Below are positions 16,281-25,848 of a stretch of DNA of 52,929 bases, piece after piece. The position numbers and the translations under genes are program-made. The first letter of the stretch is position 1. Every line of letters begins with the position of its first letter. Below the pieces are notes generated by a model. The model saw only the letters and a program-made list of their open reading frames with translations. It made no database searches and was not told where the DNA came from. Source of the stretch: Acidimicrobiia bacterium (GTDB lineage: Bacteria; Actinomycetota; Acidimicrobiia; IMCC26256; PALSA-610); assembly GCA_038228615.1 (NCBI GenBank), contig JBBRPC010000002.1, positions 1 through 52,929 of the forward strand, read 5' to 3'.

Positions 16281-17087
16281 CTAAATAACCGGCCACGGGT
16301 GGTCGCGGTAATCGCCGGTTGTCATCGGGAATCGCTTCGTCCTGAGTAGCCGCGCGATGCGTGCCTGCATCGCCGCGAGCTCGGAAGGCGCGAGCAGCGT
16401 GGCGAGTTCACTGGCAGCGATCAACGGCATAATGCGATCGATGTCGACAAGCAGATCGTTGGGTATCGCACTACCGGCGAATTCCCAGATGACTGTGCGG
16501 AGTTTCGGGTGTTCGTGGAAGCAAACACCGTGATCAATCCCCCAGATGTGATCGCGTTCGTCGAGGATGACATGACCCCCCTTTCGGTCTGTGTTGTTTG
16601 CGATCACGTCGAATGCGGCGAAGCGTCGAAAGGTGTCTTGGTGCGCGTTGAATATTTCGAAGTAGTGCTGCTCGGGGTCGTGGTCGTAGAACCGTGCAAC
16701 TGAACCGATGCCAAGTGGACCGTCGCGCAGGACAGTGTCGGGGACCAGGGACCAGCTCAACAGGTCGGAGAGCACGCACGCAGCAACCTCACGTTCGCAG
16801 AGTGTTCCCTCAGCGAAATCCCACAGCGGCCGTTCACCATCGCGCGGTTTATAAATCGCCAAGAGTGCGTTGTCGTGGTCGTCGCTCACTCGAGCCAGGA
16901 ACGTCGCGTTCGATGACCATGGCATTCGACCAACAATTTCAAGAGTTCCTTCGCGCAGCACCGAACGCGCAACCGCGTCGTCGACGACCGCGGGAAGCTC
17001 GAGGCCGGCCTGCTCCGACAGCAATGTCAATTCCAGCGCGGGCAAGCGTGCCCGTCGGGATCCATTGGAAATTGACAAAGGGGACAC
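16281..17087 (-). CDS. SCO1664-family protein (PI3/4-kinase-like fold, function unknown)
   Basis: The product contains WSSNATFLARV...AIYKPRDGERPLWDF..GTL..REVAA and NNTDRKGGHVI...IWGIDHGVCF. An alternative TTG start at 17030 overlaps the upstream stop (TTGA) and may be the real start. Confidence 0.7.
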   Translation of the reverse strand: MSPLSISNGSRRARLPALELTLLSEQAGLELPAVVDDAVARSVLREGTLEIVGRMPWSSNATFLARVSDDHDNALLAIYKPRDGERPLWDFAEGTLCEREVAACVLSDLLSWSLVPDTVLRDGPLGIGSVARFYDHDPEQHYFEIFNAHQDTFRRFAAFDVIANNTDRKGGHVILDERDHIWGIDHGVCFHEHPKLRTVIWEFAGSAIPNDLLVDIDRIMPLIAASELATLLAPSELAAMQARIARLLRTKRFPMTTGDYRDHPWPVI

Positions 17088-17563
17088 GGTGGACGACCGC
17101 GATCGACGCTTGCTGCACCGTGTCGCAACATGGCTCGCACCTGTGCGCGAGACGCGTAGAGACGTGCAACGAATCCTTCTTGTTCGCCAGGATCAACGGG
17201 CGGCGCGTCGTCTTCGGTCTCTGGGTGTTCGCGGAGCTCGAGCAATACGAGGTTGCGAGAAGGATCGAAACCGATGCCGATCAGTTGGGCGCGAAACAAC
17301 GGTTCTGCTTCAGTCAGTTGTCCACACAGCGCGTCGTTGACAGGGTCGAGACCTGTCTCGGGCTGTTCGGTGTCGTCGGCAGCGATGCGGTCGAGAAACT
17401 CGTTGGCTTCAGCTGCCAAGAGTGCGATCTGTTGCTTTTCGAGAAGGACGCTCAACAGCGCCCCGTTGCTGCGTGCCTGAATCATGAATCGGCGTTGGCC
17501 AGGTTGACCAATTGCGCCGGCGCTGATGCTGTCGACTGGATCGAACTCGATTGGATCAGGCAT
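17027..17563 (-). CDS. DUF3090-family protein
   Basis: The product contains FDPVDSISAGAIGQPGQRRFMIQARSNGALLSVLLEKQQIALLA and ends in CPLCQFPMDPDGHACPRWN, which is characteristic of DUF3090. Confidence 0.7.
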   Translation of the reverse strand: MPDPIEFDPVDSISAGAIGQPGQRRFMIQARSNGALLSVLLEKQQIALLAAEANEFLDRIAADDTEQPETGLDPVNDALCGQLTEAEPLFRAQLIGIGFDPSRNLVLLELREHPETEDDAPPVDPGEQEGFVARLYASRAQVRAMLRHGAASVDRGRPPCPLCQFPMDPDGHACPRWN

Positions 17564-18233
17564 CGTCGACTTCGCCTTCAGTCTGTGGCGACGGTGCGTG
17601 TGCGATCAGCTCATCCAACGAGCCAGTGTCGTTGCACTTCAGCATCGTGACTCCATACGGATGAAACTGGAACGCAGTCACCGATGCTGGTGAAACATGG
17701 ATCCGCTGAAAGAGGTCGAGATGCACGCCGGTGAAATGTGCAATTGCCGATTTGATCGGGTCGGCATGACTCACGACGAGGGTTGTTTCGCCGGGATGCA
17801 CGGCGACAATGTCGTTGAGTGCAGCGACCATTCGGGATTGCATTTCCATGAGCGACTCGCCGCCAGGGAAGCGCGCCCGTGAGGGCGCTGCCTGCACGAC
17901 TTTCCACTCGTCGGTCTTCGCTAGGTCTTTCAGTTCGCAGTCGGTCCAGTCGCCGTACTCGGCTTCGATCACACCGTCGTGTGGGAGAACGGGGAGTTGA
18001 TGATGGGCGGCGATGATCTCGGCCGTTTGCATCGTTCGCTCAATCGGGCTCGAATAGATCGTATTGATTGCGAGCGCTGCGAGTCGTTCGCCCGCGTTGG
18101 CGGCCTGTTCACGACCGATATCTGTCAGGTCGATACCGGGCATCCGACCTGAGAGCTTCCCGCCTGTGTGATGGGTGACTGCATGGCGCACCAATACCAA
18201 GCGGGTCGGTTGCTTCGGTGCGTCATCAGCCAT
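17556..18233 (-). CDS. Histidine-phosphatase superfamily protein (MSMEG_4193-type putative phosphomutase)
   Basis: RLVLVRHAVT carries the RHG-type motif, followed by VSHADPIK. It is the third member of the conserved actinobacterial triad with the two genes downstream of it. Confidence 0.75.
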   Translation of the reverse strand: MADDAPKQPTRLVLVRHAVTHHTGGKLSGRMPGIDLTDIGREQAANAGERLAALAINTIYSSPIERTMQTAEIIAAHHQLPVLPHDGVIEAEYGDWTDCELKDLAKTDEWKVVQAAPSRARFPGGESLMEMQSRMVAALNDIVAVHPGETTLVVSHADPIKSAIAHFTGVHLDLFQRIHVSPASVTAFQFHPYGVTMLKCNDTGSLDELIAHAPSPQTEGEVDDA

Positions 18234-18331
18234 CCGAATATCGAACCATGGATCGCGCTGTCAGACTGAACGGGCCGGTCGGACCTACCGGAGGAGCCCA
18301 CTACGGCGGCGCGGCGGTAGGGTCGCAGGCG

Positions 18332-18766
18332 ATGACAAGTGTGAGTTTTACGCCGACCGGACCTCCTGAAACGGTCCTTCCACCCGAACCAAGCGATGCC
18401 CTCGCGGCGCTCGTCGAGGCGCTCGCCGCACCGGCCGAGCGTCGGCGCGACGCCGTCGCCGAGGTGTGCGCACACTGGCCGAGTTTTCTCGATGCGTGGG
18501 CACAACTCGGTGAACTCGCACGCGACGATGTCGAGGCGTACGCATATTTTCGGGTGGGATACCACCGTGGCCTGGACAAACTGCGCCAATCCGGCTGGCG
18601 CGGTAGCGGCTACGTGCGGTGGACCCATGTCACCAACCGCGGCTTTCTTCGTGCGGTCGATGGGTTACGCAATGCCGCTGGCCATATCGGTGAAGCTGCC
18701 GAGGAAGCTCGATGCACCGAATTTCTGGCGCAACTCGATCCTGACTTCCAGCGTCGAGCCCGCTGA
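18332..18766 (+). CDS. DUF3151-family protein
   Basis: The product contains AYAYFRVGYHRGLDKLRQSGWRGSGYVRW...NRGFLRAVDGL. I chose the start at ATG 18332 (MTSVSF); the ORF is open from 18218. Confidence 0.65.
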   Translation: MTSVSFTPTGPPETVLPPEPSDALAALVEALAAPAERRRDAVAEVCAHWPSFLDAWAQLGELARDDVEAYAYFRVGYHRGLDKLRQSGWRGSGYVRWTHVTNRGFLRAVDGLRNAAGHIGEAAEEARCTEFLAQLDPDFQRRAR

Positions 18767-18802
18767 CCCGAGTTGGTCACGGAGCATCCGTAGACTTCGG
18801 CG

Positions 18803-19795
18803 ATGAAACGCGCGCTGATCACAGGAATTACCGGACAAGACGGTCGGTATCTCTCCGAGTCACTTGCCGCTAAGGGTTACCAGGTCTTTGGGATGATCCG
18901 TGGGCAAGCGAACCCGAAGGCTCGCGTTGTGCAGGACGAAAATCCTCGGGTTGAACTGGTCGACGGTGATCTGCGCGACATGGCATCGCTCATCGCCGTC
19001 TTGGAGCAGGTGCAGCCTGACGAGGTCTACAACCTCGGAGCCATCAGCTTCGTGCAGCTCTCGTTCCGCCAGCCCGAACTCACTGCCGAGATCACCGGTC
19101 TAGGTGTGCTGCGAATGTTGGATGCAGCGCGCATCGTCGGCGGCATGGAAAATAACCCCATCCGTTTTTACCAGGCCAGTTCGTCGGAAATGTTCGGCAA
19201 GGTGCGTGAAGTACCGCAGACGGAAACAACGCCGTTTCACCCCCGCTCTCCGTATGGCGTCGCCAAGATGTTCGGTCACAACATCACGGTGAACTATCGC
19301 GAGGCCTATGGCATGCACGCGAGCAGCGGGATCTTGTTCAACCATGAAAGCGAACGGCGTGGCCACGAGTTCGTTACTCGAAAGATCACGTCGTCGTTGG
19401 CCAGGATCAAACTTGGGTTGCAAGATACGATCAGCCTCGGCAACTTGGAGTCGCGTCGCGATTGGGGTCACGCCGCCGACTACGTCGAGGCGATGTGGTC
19501 GATGTTGCAACAAGATCAGCCCGACGATTACGTCGTGGCAACGGGTGAAACCCACAGCATTCGAGAGTTTCTCGATGTCGCCTTCAGATGTGCTGGCTAC
19601 GACTCGTGGGAGCCGTTCGTGACCCACGACGTGCGGTTCGATCGTCCGGCCGAAGTAGATCTCCTCATCGGGGATCCGAGCAAGGCGAAAGCGAAACTTG
19701 GGTGGGAACCCAAGGTGAGTTTTGAAGACCTCGTGCGTCGGATGTACGAATCGGATTTGGTTGAGGAAGAAAAAGAGGCGCGCGGCCTTCGTTGA
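18803..19795 (+). CDS. gmd: GDP-mannose 4,6-dehydratase
   Basis: The product begins [19 protein letters not shown], and [10 protein letters not shown] and SPYGVAKMF are also present, together with the extended SDR architecture. Confidence 0.88.
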   Translation: MKRALITGITGQDGRYLSESLAAKGYQVFGMIRGQANPKARVVQDENPRVELVDGDLRDMASLIAVLEQVQPDEVYNLGAISFVQLSFRQPELTAEITGLGVLRMLDAARIVGGMENNPIRFYQASSSEMFGKVREVPQTETTPFHPRSPYGVAKMFGHNITVNYREAYGMHASSGILFNHESERRGHEFVTRKITSSLARIKLGLQDTISLGNLESRRDWGHAADYVEAMWSMLQQDQPDDYVVATGETHSIREFLDVAFRCAGYDSWEPFVTHDVRFDRPAEVDLLIGDPSKAKAKLGWEPKVSFEDLVRRMYESDLVEEEKEARGLR

Positions 19796-19804
19796 TCGCA
19801 GGAG

Positions 19805-20770
19805 TTACGCCCTGGCGCGTTGGAGGCGGTCGAGCGTTGCCTCTGCCTGCTCGACAACCATGCGCACCAAATCACCTGCCGGTATGAGCGAATCGACTGC
19901 GCCGACGAGTTGGCCAGCTGGGTAGCACTCCCGATCGGTATCCACTTCGGTGTCTTCATTGCCGCCGAGGTGGAGCACCCCGGCGCTCAACGTATGCAAC
20001 ATCATTTCTGGGAATGGCTTCAGCGCATCCGGGTTCGCTTCGATTTCGTTCGTCCACTCGTTGCGGACCACGCGCATGGGTTTGCCTGAGTAGCCCTTGC
20101 TAATCACGGTGTCGTCCTCGTGGCTGCGCAGCAATGCATCTTTGTAACCGCGCACAGTTCGTGCCTCTGGCGTCGCGATGAAACGAGTGCCCATCCAAAC
20201 ACCGTCGGCACCGAGCGCGAGCGACGCCGCGAGCCCGCGTCCATCGAAAATTCCGCCTGCCGCGACCACGGGCACGCGGTCACCGACGGCGTCGACGATC
20301 TGAGGCACGAGTGGCATGGTCGCGATCAAACCGGTGTGACCGCCGGCCTCCGTGCCTTGCACGATGACGAAGTCGACACCACTCTCGACGGCGCTGACAG
20401 CGTGGCGAACTTTCCCGCACATGCTGGCAACGAGCACACCCGATTCGTGGAGTTGGCCAATGATGTCGCGCGGTACGCCCAAACCGGCCACGAACAATGA
20501 CGCGCCACCTTCGATGACAAGATCAACGCCTCGGGTCAAACTGTCGGGAAGCGCGGCGAGAAGATCGACGCCGAACGGTTTGCTGGTCGCCTTCGCGGTC
20601 TCGCCAATCTCGTATTGCATTTGTTCCACCGTCAATGGTGCGGCGCCGATCGTCCCGATTCCACCCGCGTTCGATACAGCGGCGACGAGCTCGTGATAGG
20701 CGACGCCTCCCATACCGGCAAGCATCACTGGGTGTTCGATTTGGAGAAGTTCGGTGAGACGGGTCTGCAT
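19805..20770 (-). CDS. Nitronate monooxygenase / FMN-dependent enoyl-reductase-like (NMO family) protein
   Basis: The product begins [42 protein letters not shown], followed by [14 protein letters not shown] chose the start at ATG 20770. Confidence 0.8.
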   Translation of the reverse strand: MQTRLTELLQIEHPVMLAGMGGVAYHELVAAVSNAGGIGTIGAAPLTVEQMQYEIGETAKATSKPFGVDLLAALPDSLTRGVDLVIEGGASLFVAGLGVPRDIIGQLHESGVLVASMCGKVRHAVSAVESGVDFVIVQGTEAGGHTGLIATMPLVPQIVDAVGDRVPVVAAGGIFDGRGLAASLALGADGVWMGTRFIATPEARTVRGYKDALLRSHEDDTVISKGYSGKPMRVVRNEWTNEIEANPDALKPFPEMMLHTLSAGVLHLGGNEDTEVDTDRECYPAGQLVGAVDSLIPAGDLVRMVVEQAEATLDRLQRARA

Positions 20771-20801
20771 GGTCGCCAACGTTAGAGCTACCGTCGCTGT
20801 T

Positions 20802-21302
20802 ATGAATAGTCCACTCGTAGGCGTGATCATGGGAAGCGATAGCGACCTGGTCGTGATGCAAGGCGCCATTGATGTGCTCGACGAGTTCGACGTATCTCGC
20901 GAGGTGCGAGTCGTCAGCGCTCACCGGACCCCCGACGTCATGTTCGACTATGCCAAGACAGCAGCCAACCGCGGCATCAAGGTGATCATTGCGGGCGCTG
21001 GCGGGGCAGCCCATCTCCCTGGAATGACCGCATCGCTGACACCATTGCCAGTGATCGGCGTTCCGGTTCCGTTACCGACGCTCGACGGGTTGGATTCGTT
21101 GCTCTCAATTGTGCAGATGCCGTCGGGTATTCCCGTCGCTGCTGTGGCAATTGGCAACGCCCGCAACGCTGGGCTGCTCGCAGTGCGCATCCTCGGTGTT
21201 GTTGACGCGATGCTTCAAGACCGCATGGTGCAGTACCAACGCGAGCTGGCAACCATGGTCGGCGAAAAAGACGCGCGGGTCGAAAAACAGTTCAACACGT
21301 AA
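20802..21302 (+). CDS. purE: 5-(carboxyamino)imidazole ribonucleotide mutase
   Basis: The product contains [14 protein letters not shown]...[10 protein letters not shown]...[14 protein letters not shown]...PVIGVPV. Confidence 0.9.
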   Translation: MNSPLVGVIMGSDSDLVVMQGAIDVLDEFDVSREVRVVSAHRTPDVMFDYAKTAANRGIKVIIAGAGGAAHLPGMTASLTPLPVIGVPVPLPTLDGLDSLLSIVQMPSGIPVAAVAIGNARNAGLLAVRILGVVDAMLQDRMVQYQRELATMVGEKDARVEKQFNT

Positions 21303-21309
21303 ACGTCGG

Positions 21310-23886
21310 CTATTCCGTTCGAATTGCGTCGAGCACGTTGAGATTGGCAGCACGCCGCGCGGGAATCACTGCCGCCAAGACGCCAGCGAATCCCGCGATG
21401 AGCGCGATCAAACCCAGACGTGGGAGCGCGAAATCGAGCTTCGTGACAAGGTGTTGGGTGCGCAACGATGTGACGAGGATCGCGCCGAACACGATCCCAA
21501 TCGCCAATCCAAGCAGCGTACCGAACACCGAGATGATGACTGATTCCCAGCGAATCGCGGTCCGAATTTGTTCGCGAGACGTCCCGACGGCACGGAGCAG
21601 TCCGATCTCATGGGTTCGTTCGTGGACTGACAGCGCCAGCGTATTGACGATGCCGATGAGTGCAATCACGATGGCGAGTAGCAGTAGGCCGTAAAACAAA
21701 AACAAGGCCTGATCAATCTGCGTTTCTTGATCGGCTTTGAATTGTGCGAAGTTCTGCACCTGGACTGTCGGGTAGTCGCGCAACGATCGCTTAATCGCGG
21801 CGGCGCCTTGATCCGGGTTTGTTCCCGGCGAGGCTATTGCAACGCTGAATTGGTCCTCGGGTATGTCGGCAACGCGCACAAACACGCTGTGATCGATCAG
21901 GAGCGCAGGTCGGTCGAAGATGCGCTTCTCGAAAATTGCGACGATTGTCAGGTTGAGTTGCGTTTTCGTGAATCGAGCGAACACGGTCGAGCCGACCTTG
22001 AGGTGATGCGCGTTTGCGAATGCGCGAGGGACAGCGATTCCTCCGTTCGCAAGGTTGTGAATATTGCCGGAGACTGCTCCGAGATCAATGAAACGGCTCA
22101 GCACCCGTGAATCTGCGGCGAGGACGAATCGAGCGTCGCTGGGTCGGGTGTTGTCGCTGAGCTGCAGCACCGTCTCCGCGAAACCTATGCCCATGGCGAT
22201 GTCGACGCCGCGCGTGTGCGCCACTTTGTTCGTGACGTCTGGGCCTTGTGCGCCGGTGATGAAATAGTCGGTGGTGCCGAGTTGATTGTCGAGCGCTGCG
22301 GCAATGGTTTCTTTGAATGACGCAGTCACGATTGTGACCAAACCGACGATTGCGACCCCCAACGTCAACGCGATCGCTGTCCATGCGCTGCGTCGGGGAT
22401 TGCGGTACGCGTTGTCGCGGGCCAGTCGGCCCGCCATCCCGCGCCATCGAGCTGGGAAAAAACCGAGCACCTTGGCGGCTGGGGGAACCAACATGGGGCT
22501 GATCACAAAGACACCACCGAATGCCGTGACCGCGCCAGCGGCTGCGTAGTACACGTTGTTGTTGATCTTTGTGAACAGTCCAACTGCGACGCCGACGATC
22601 CCTAACGCGATCACAACGCCGCCGAGAATTGAACGGGATGCTCGAGGCAAGGGCTGTTCGATCGCCGATTCCCGAAGCGCTGCGATGGGACGGATTCGTG
22701 CCGTGCGTAACGCTGGGACAAGCGCCGCGATCAGAGTGACCACAGTGCCGACGCTGATGCCGAGAGCGACAGTCCTCGCGAGCACCACGAGGCCGCCACC
22801 GGGTAACGCCAGATCGAGCCAACCTAAGACGGCACGCAACGAAATGGCGAGGCCGATACCACCGAGCACTCCGAGCGCCGAAGCGACGATGCCAACAACG
22901 ATCGCCTCGCCGAGCACCGACGCGACGACTTGGCGGGGCGACGCGCCGATGGCGCGCAGGAGCGCGAGTTCGCGAGTGCGTTGCGCCAAGATCACCGTGA
23001 AGGTGTTGAAGATGATGAATCCTCCAACGAGGAGCCCGATCCCGCCAAAGACAAACAGACCGATGTACACGAACTTGAGCACCTTGCGAACCTGATTTTG
23101 CTGTTGCTGGCGGAACTCGTCGCCAGTCACAACGTCGACGTTCGCGACGCGTAAGGCATTTGCGATCTGAGAACGCACGACTGCCGGAGCGAACCCAGGT
23201 CGGGCGTGCACCACGATCTGTCGGTACTGTGCTGGCAATCGCGTGATGCGCTGCATTTCCGCAATGGTGAACAGTGCGCCGGTTGCGCCGATTGGGCGAT
23301 CAACCCGACCAAAGCGAGCGACGCCGACGAGGGTGTATCGATGGGCTTTGTCCGGTGGCGCGTTGACCAACACCGACGCGCCGATCTTGAGGTGGCCGTC
23401 GCGTGCCGACGCGGCGTCGACCACTATCTCGCCGTTGGCTTGCGGCGGTCGGCCCTGTGATATCCGCCATGGGGTGAACTCGCGCCGAGGCATCCAGCTG
23501 TAACCGAATTGCGGCGCAGTTCGTCCGCCGATGGGCTTGCCTTGCGCGCTGATGAGCGCGATCGGCTGATCGGAATCGGACTGGATCGTGCCTTCAGCGA
23601 AGTCGACGCCAGGAAGGTTGCGGACTTGCCGTATCAGCGACGCGGGAATAGCGCTGCGTTTTTCTTGTTCATTCGGATTGCCGAAACCACCGCGCATGAG
23701 TGGGCCCTGGACAACGGCGTCGGTCCCTTTCGTGAGCTGAGTGAATAGGTCATCGAACGACACGCGGATCGTGTCGGTGATGATGAACGATCCGGCAAGG
23801 AAGGTGATTCCGAGCACGATCGCAAGGCCGGTGAGCAGGAATCGCACGAGGTGTGAGCGAATGCCTCGCACGAGCAATTTGAACAA
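21310..23886 (-). CDS. ABC transporter permease with two FtsX-like domains (MacB-type)
   Basis: In this 858-aa product an N-terminal TM is followed by a large extracytoplasmic domain and a 4-TM FtsX module, and the arrangement is duplicated. RELALLRAIGASPRQV and HEIGLLRAVGTSREQI are the conserved FtsX cytoplasmic motifs. Confidence 0.8.
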   Translation of the reverse strand: MFKLLVRGIRSHLVRFLLTGLAIVLGITFLAGSFIITDTIRVSFDDLFTQLTKGTDAVVQGPLMRGGFGNPNEQEKRSAIPASLIRQVRNLPGVDFAEGTIQSDSDQPIALISAQGKPIGGRTAPQFGYSWMPRREFTPWRISQGRPPQANGEIVVDAASARDGHLKIGASVLVNAPPDKAHRYTLVGVARFGRVDRPIGATGALFTIAEMQRITRLPAQYRQIVVHARPGFAPAVVRSQIANALRVANVDVVTGDEFRQQQQNQVRKVLKFVYIGLFVFGGIGLLVGGFIIFNTFTVILAQRTRELALLRAIGASPRQVVASVLGEAIVVGIVASALGVLGGIGLAISLRAVLGWLDLALPGGGLVVLARTVALGISVGTVVTLIAALVPALRTARIRPIAALRESAIEQPLPRASRSILGGVVIALGIVGVAVGLFTKINNNVYYAAAGAVTAFGGVFVISPMLVPPAAKVLGFFPARWRGMAGRLARDNAYRNPRRSAWTAIALTLGVAIVGLVTIVTASFKETIAAALDNQLGTTDYFITGAQGPDVTNKVAHTRGVDIAMGIGFAETVLQLSDNTRPSDARFVLAADSRVLSRFIDLGAVSGNIHNLANGGIAVPRAFANAHHLKVGSTVFARFTKTQLNLTIVAIFEKRIFDRPALLIDHSVFVRVADIPEDQFSVAIASPGTNPDQGAAAIKRSLRDYPTVQVQNFAQFKADQETQIDQALFLFYGLLLLAIVIALIGIVNTLALSVHERTHEIGLLRAVGTSREQIRTAIRWESVIISVFGTLLGLAIGIVFGAILVTSLRTQHLVTKLDFALPRLGLIALIAGFAGVLAAVIPARRAANLNVLDAIRTE

Positions 23887-23888
23887 CG

Positions 23889-24641
23889 TCAGCCTTCGAT
23901 ATTCGCCATGCGGTTGAGCAGCGCCTCGGCGGTCGGCGAGGTTTCCTCATCGACGATGCGACCGTCGCTGACGAAGATCACGCGGTCGGCAACTGCAGCT
24001 GCAAGTGGATCGTGGGTCACCATGACAATCGTCTGTTCGAACTCGTCAACGGCGAGGCGCATGAATCGCAGTATCTCAGTGCGCGATTTTGAATCGAGGT
24101 TGCCAGTGGGTTCGTCGGCGAAGACGACCTCCGCGTGGTTCGCGAGCGCCCGCGCCACTGCGACGCGTTGTTGTTGTCCTCCGGAGAGCTCGCTTGGCCG
24201 ATGTCGTAACCGATTCGCCAACCCGACAACGTCGATCACCCGGTCGACCCATTGATGATCTGGCTCGCGGCCGGCAAGGGCCGTTGGCAGCGTGATGTTT
24301 TCGTAGGCCGTCAACGTGGGGATCAGGTTGTATGCCTGAAAGACGAAACCCAACTGGTCGCGACGTACTTTGGTGAGTTGGGTCTCTGAAAGAGAACTGA
24401 TCTCGAGGTCGCCGATAAACACAGCGCCGGCGGTGAGTTGGTCGAGCCCAGCCAAACAATGCAGCAGGGTGCTTTTCCCCGAACCTGACGGTCCCATAAT
24501 CGCACTGAAACGGCCCCGTGCGAACTCCACGTCGATTCCATCGAGTGCCCGAACTTCGGTTTCGCCCTGACCATAGGTTTTGATGGCTCCGACGGCGCTC
24601 GCTGCCATGGGCGAAATGAGTTGTGTGTCGATCGAACTCAC
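23889..24641 (-). CDS. ABC transporter ATP-binding protein (MacB/LolD-like)
   Basis: Walker A is GPSGSGKST, the signature is [15 protein letters not shown] and Walker B is VVFADEPTGNLD. Confidence 0.9.
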   Translation of the reverse strand: MSSIDTQLISPMAASAVGAIKTYGQGETEVRALDGIDVEFARGRFSAIMGPSGSGKSTLLHCLAGLDQLTAGAVFIGDLEISSLSETQLTKVRRDQLGFVFQAYNLIPTLTAYENITLPTALAGREPDHQWVDRVIDVVGLANRLRHRPSELSGGQQQRVAVARALANHAEVVFADEPTGNLDSKSRTEILRFMRLAVDEFEQTIVMVTHDPLAAAVADRVIFVSDGRIVDEETSPTAEALLNRMANIEG

Positions 24642-24645
24642 CGGT

Positions 24646-25629
24646 TCACCCTAGGGCGGGGGCATCTGCTGCTGGATCGTCCGATTGCGAAGATTCTGTT
24701 GTCGCGTTGCGTGCACGCATGCGGAGCCGGATGAACCATCCCGTGCTGAGGAAGAAAATTACAGCCGACAGCAGCGCGTTGAAACGCAGACCGCCGAAGA
24801 TCTTCGTTGCGTCATCGACTCTGAGCAGTTCCATGAAGAATCGCTCAAATGTGTACATGGCGATGTACAACGTGAATGATTGGCCCCGACCGAGCTTGTC
24901 GCGCCGTTCGAGTGCAACGATCACGGCGAAGATCGTGAAGCACCAAATCGATTCATAGAGAAATGTTGGATGGAACGTTGCGAATCGTTCATAGCCGGGT
25001 GGACGGTGAGCGAGGTCGATCTTCAGTGCCCACGGCAGCGTGCTTGGCCGACCGAAGAGTTCCTGATTGAAATAGTTTCCCCAGCGCCCGATGCCTTGCG
25101 CAACTGCAACTGCAGGTCCGAGCGCGTCGCAGACCAAGACCGTGTCGAGGTTCCGCTTTCGTGCGACAAACATGAGGGTGATCGCACCACCTGCGACGGC
25201 TCCCCAAATTGAGAGGCCGCCTTCCCAGATTTTGAACGCGCCGAGGATGCCGCCTTTGTTCCACTTGTAGCCAGTGAAGAGGTGGTAGACGCGTGCGCCG
25301 ATCACGCCACCAATGACGAGCTTGGTTGCGAGTTCACCGACGAGTCCCGGCGCGAAACCGCGTCGAACTGTTCGAGGTTCAGCGATACGGACCGCGACGA
25401 CGACGCCCATCGCAAGCATGAGTCCGTAGGCATGCAGCGGGAGGGGACCGAGGTGGAACACCCCGTTGTGCGGGCTAGGGATTGCGGCGAACAAGAAGCG
25501 AGGTCCTGTCTTCGGAGGCTGGTCTTCGGGGGCTAGTGGTTCGGGGGCTAGTGGTTCGGGAATTGCAACATCAAAGGTCGAGCCAAGGCATTGCAAATTC
25601 GGCGCTTGTGCGCTCATGATATGACGCAC
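24646..25629 (-). CDS. lgt: Prolipoprotein diacylglyceryl transferase
   Basis: The product contains IPSPHNGVFHLGPLPLHAYGL, GGLSIWG and GRWGNYFNQELFGRP. The N-terminal ~40 aa, including PEPLAPEPLAPE, are uncertain. Confidence 0.88.
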   Translation of the reverse strand: MRHIMSAQAPNLQCLGSTFDVAIPEPLAPEPLAPEDQPPKTGPRFLFAAIPSPHNGVFHLGPLPLHAYGLMLAMGVVVAVRIAEPRTVRRGFAPGLVGELATKLVIGGVIGARVYHLFTGYKWNKGGILGAFKIWEGGLSIWGAVAGGAITLMFVARKRNLDTVLVCDALGPAVAVAQGIGRWGNYFNQELFGRPSTLPWALKIDLAHRPPGYERFATFHPTFLYESIWCFTIFAVIVALERRDKLGRGQSFTLYIAMYTFERFFMELLRVDDATKIFGGLRFNALLSAVIFFLSTGWFIRLRMRARNATTESSQSDDPAADAPALG

Positions 25630-25738
25630 GGTCTGTCGATGAAGTCAGCAGGTTCCACGCGATCGATCCATAGGGGACGACGACTGGCGGCTCGCTTATA
25701 TGGCGCCTGCTTCGCCCGGCGCGGCGAGCCGCCTGCGC

Positions 25739-25836
25739 GCCGGGTCACTCGCTGTCGCTCGCCCCGGTCGCTTCGGCGACCGCGGTCTTGTGCCGGGTCA
25801 CTCGCTGTCGCTCGCCCCGGTCGCTTCGGCGACCGC
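25739..25836. repeat. Two copies of a 45-nt unit (25739-25783 and 25792-25836, period 53), each carrying a GGTCGC-TTCG-GCGACC hairpin
   Basis: GCCGGGTCACTCGCTGTCGCTCGCCCCGGTCGCTTCGGCGACCGC occurs twice with no mismatch, in the 219-nt spacer between the Fpg/Nei-like gene and lgt. Confidence 0.85.
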
Positions 25837-25848
25837 AGTCTGGCGCGG

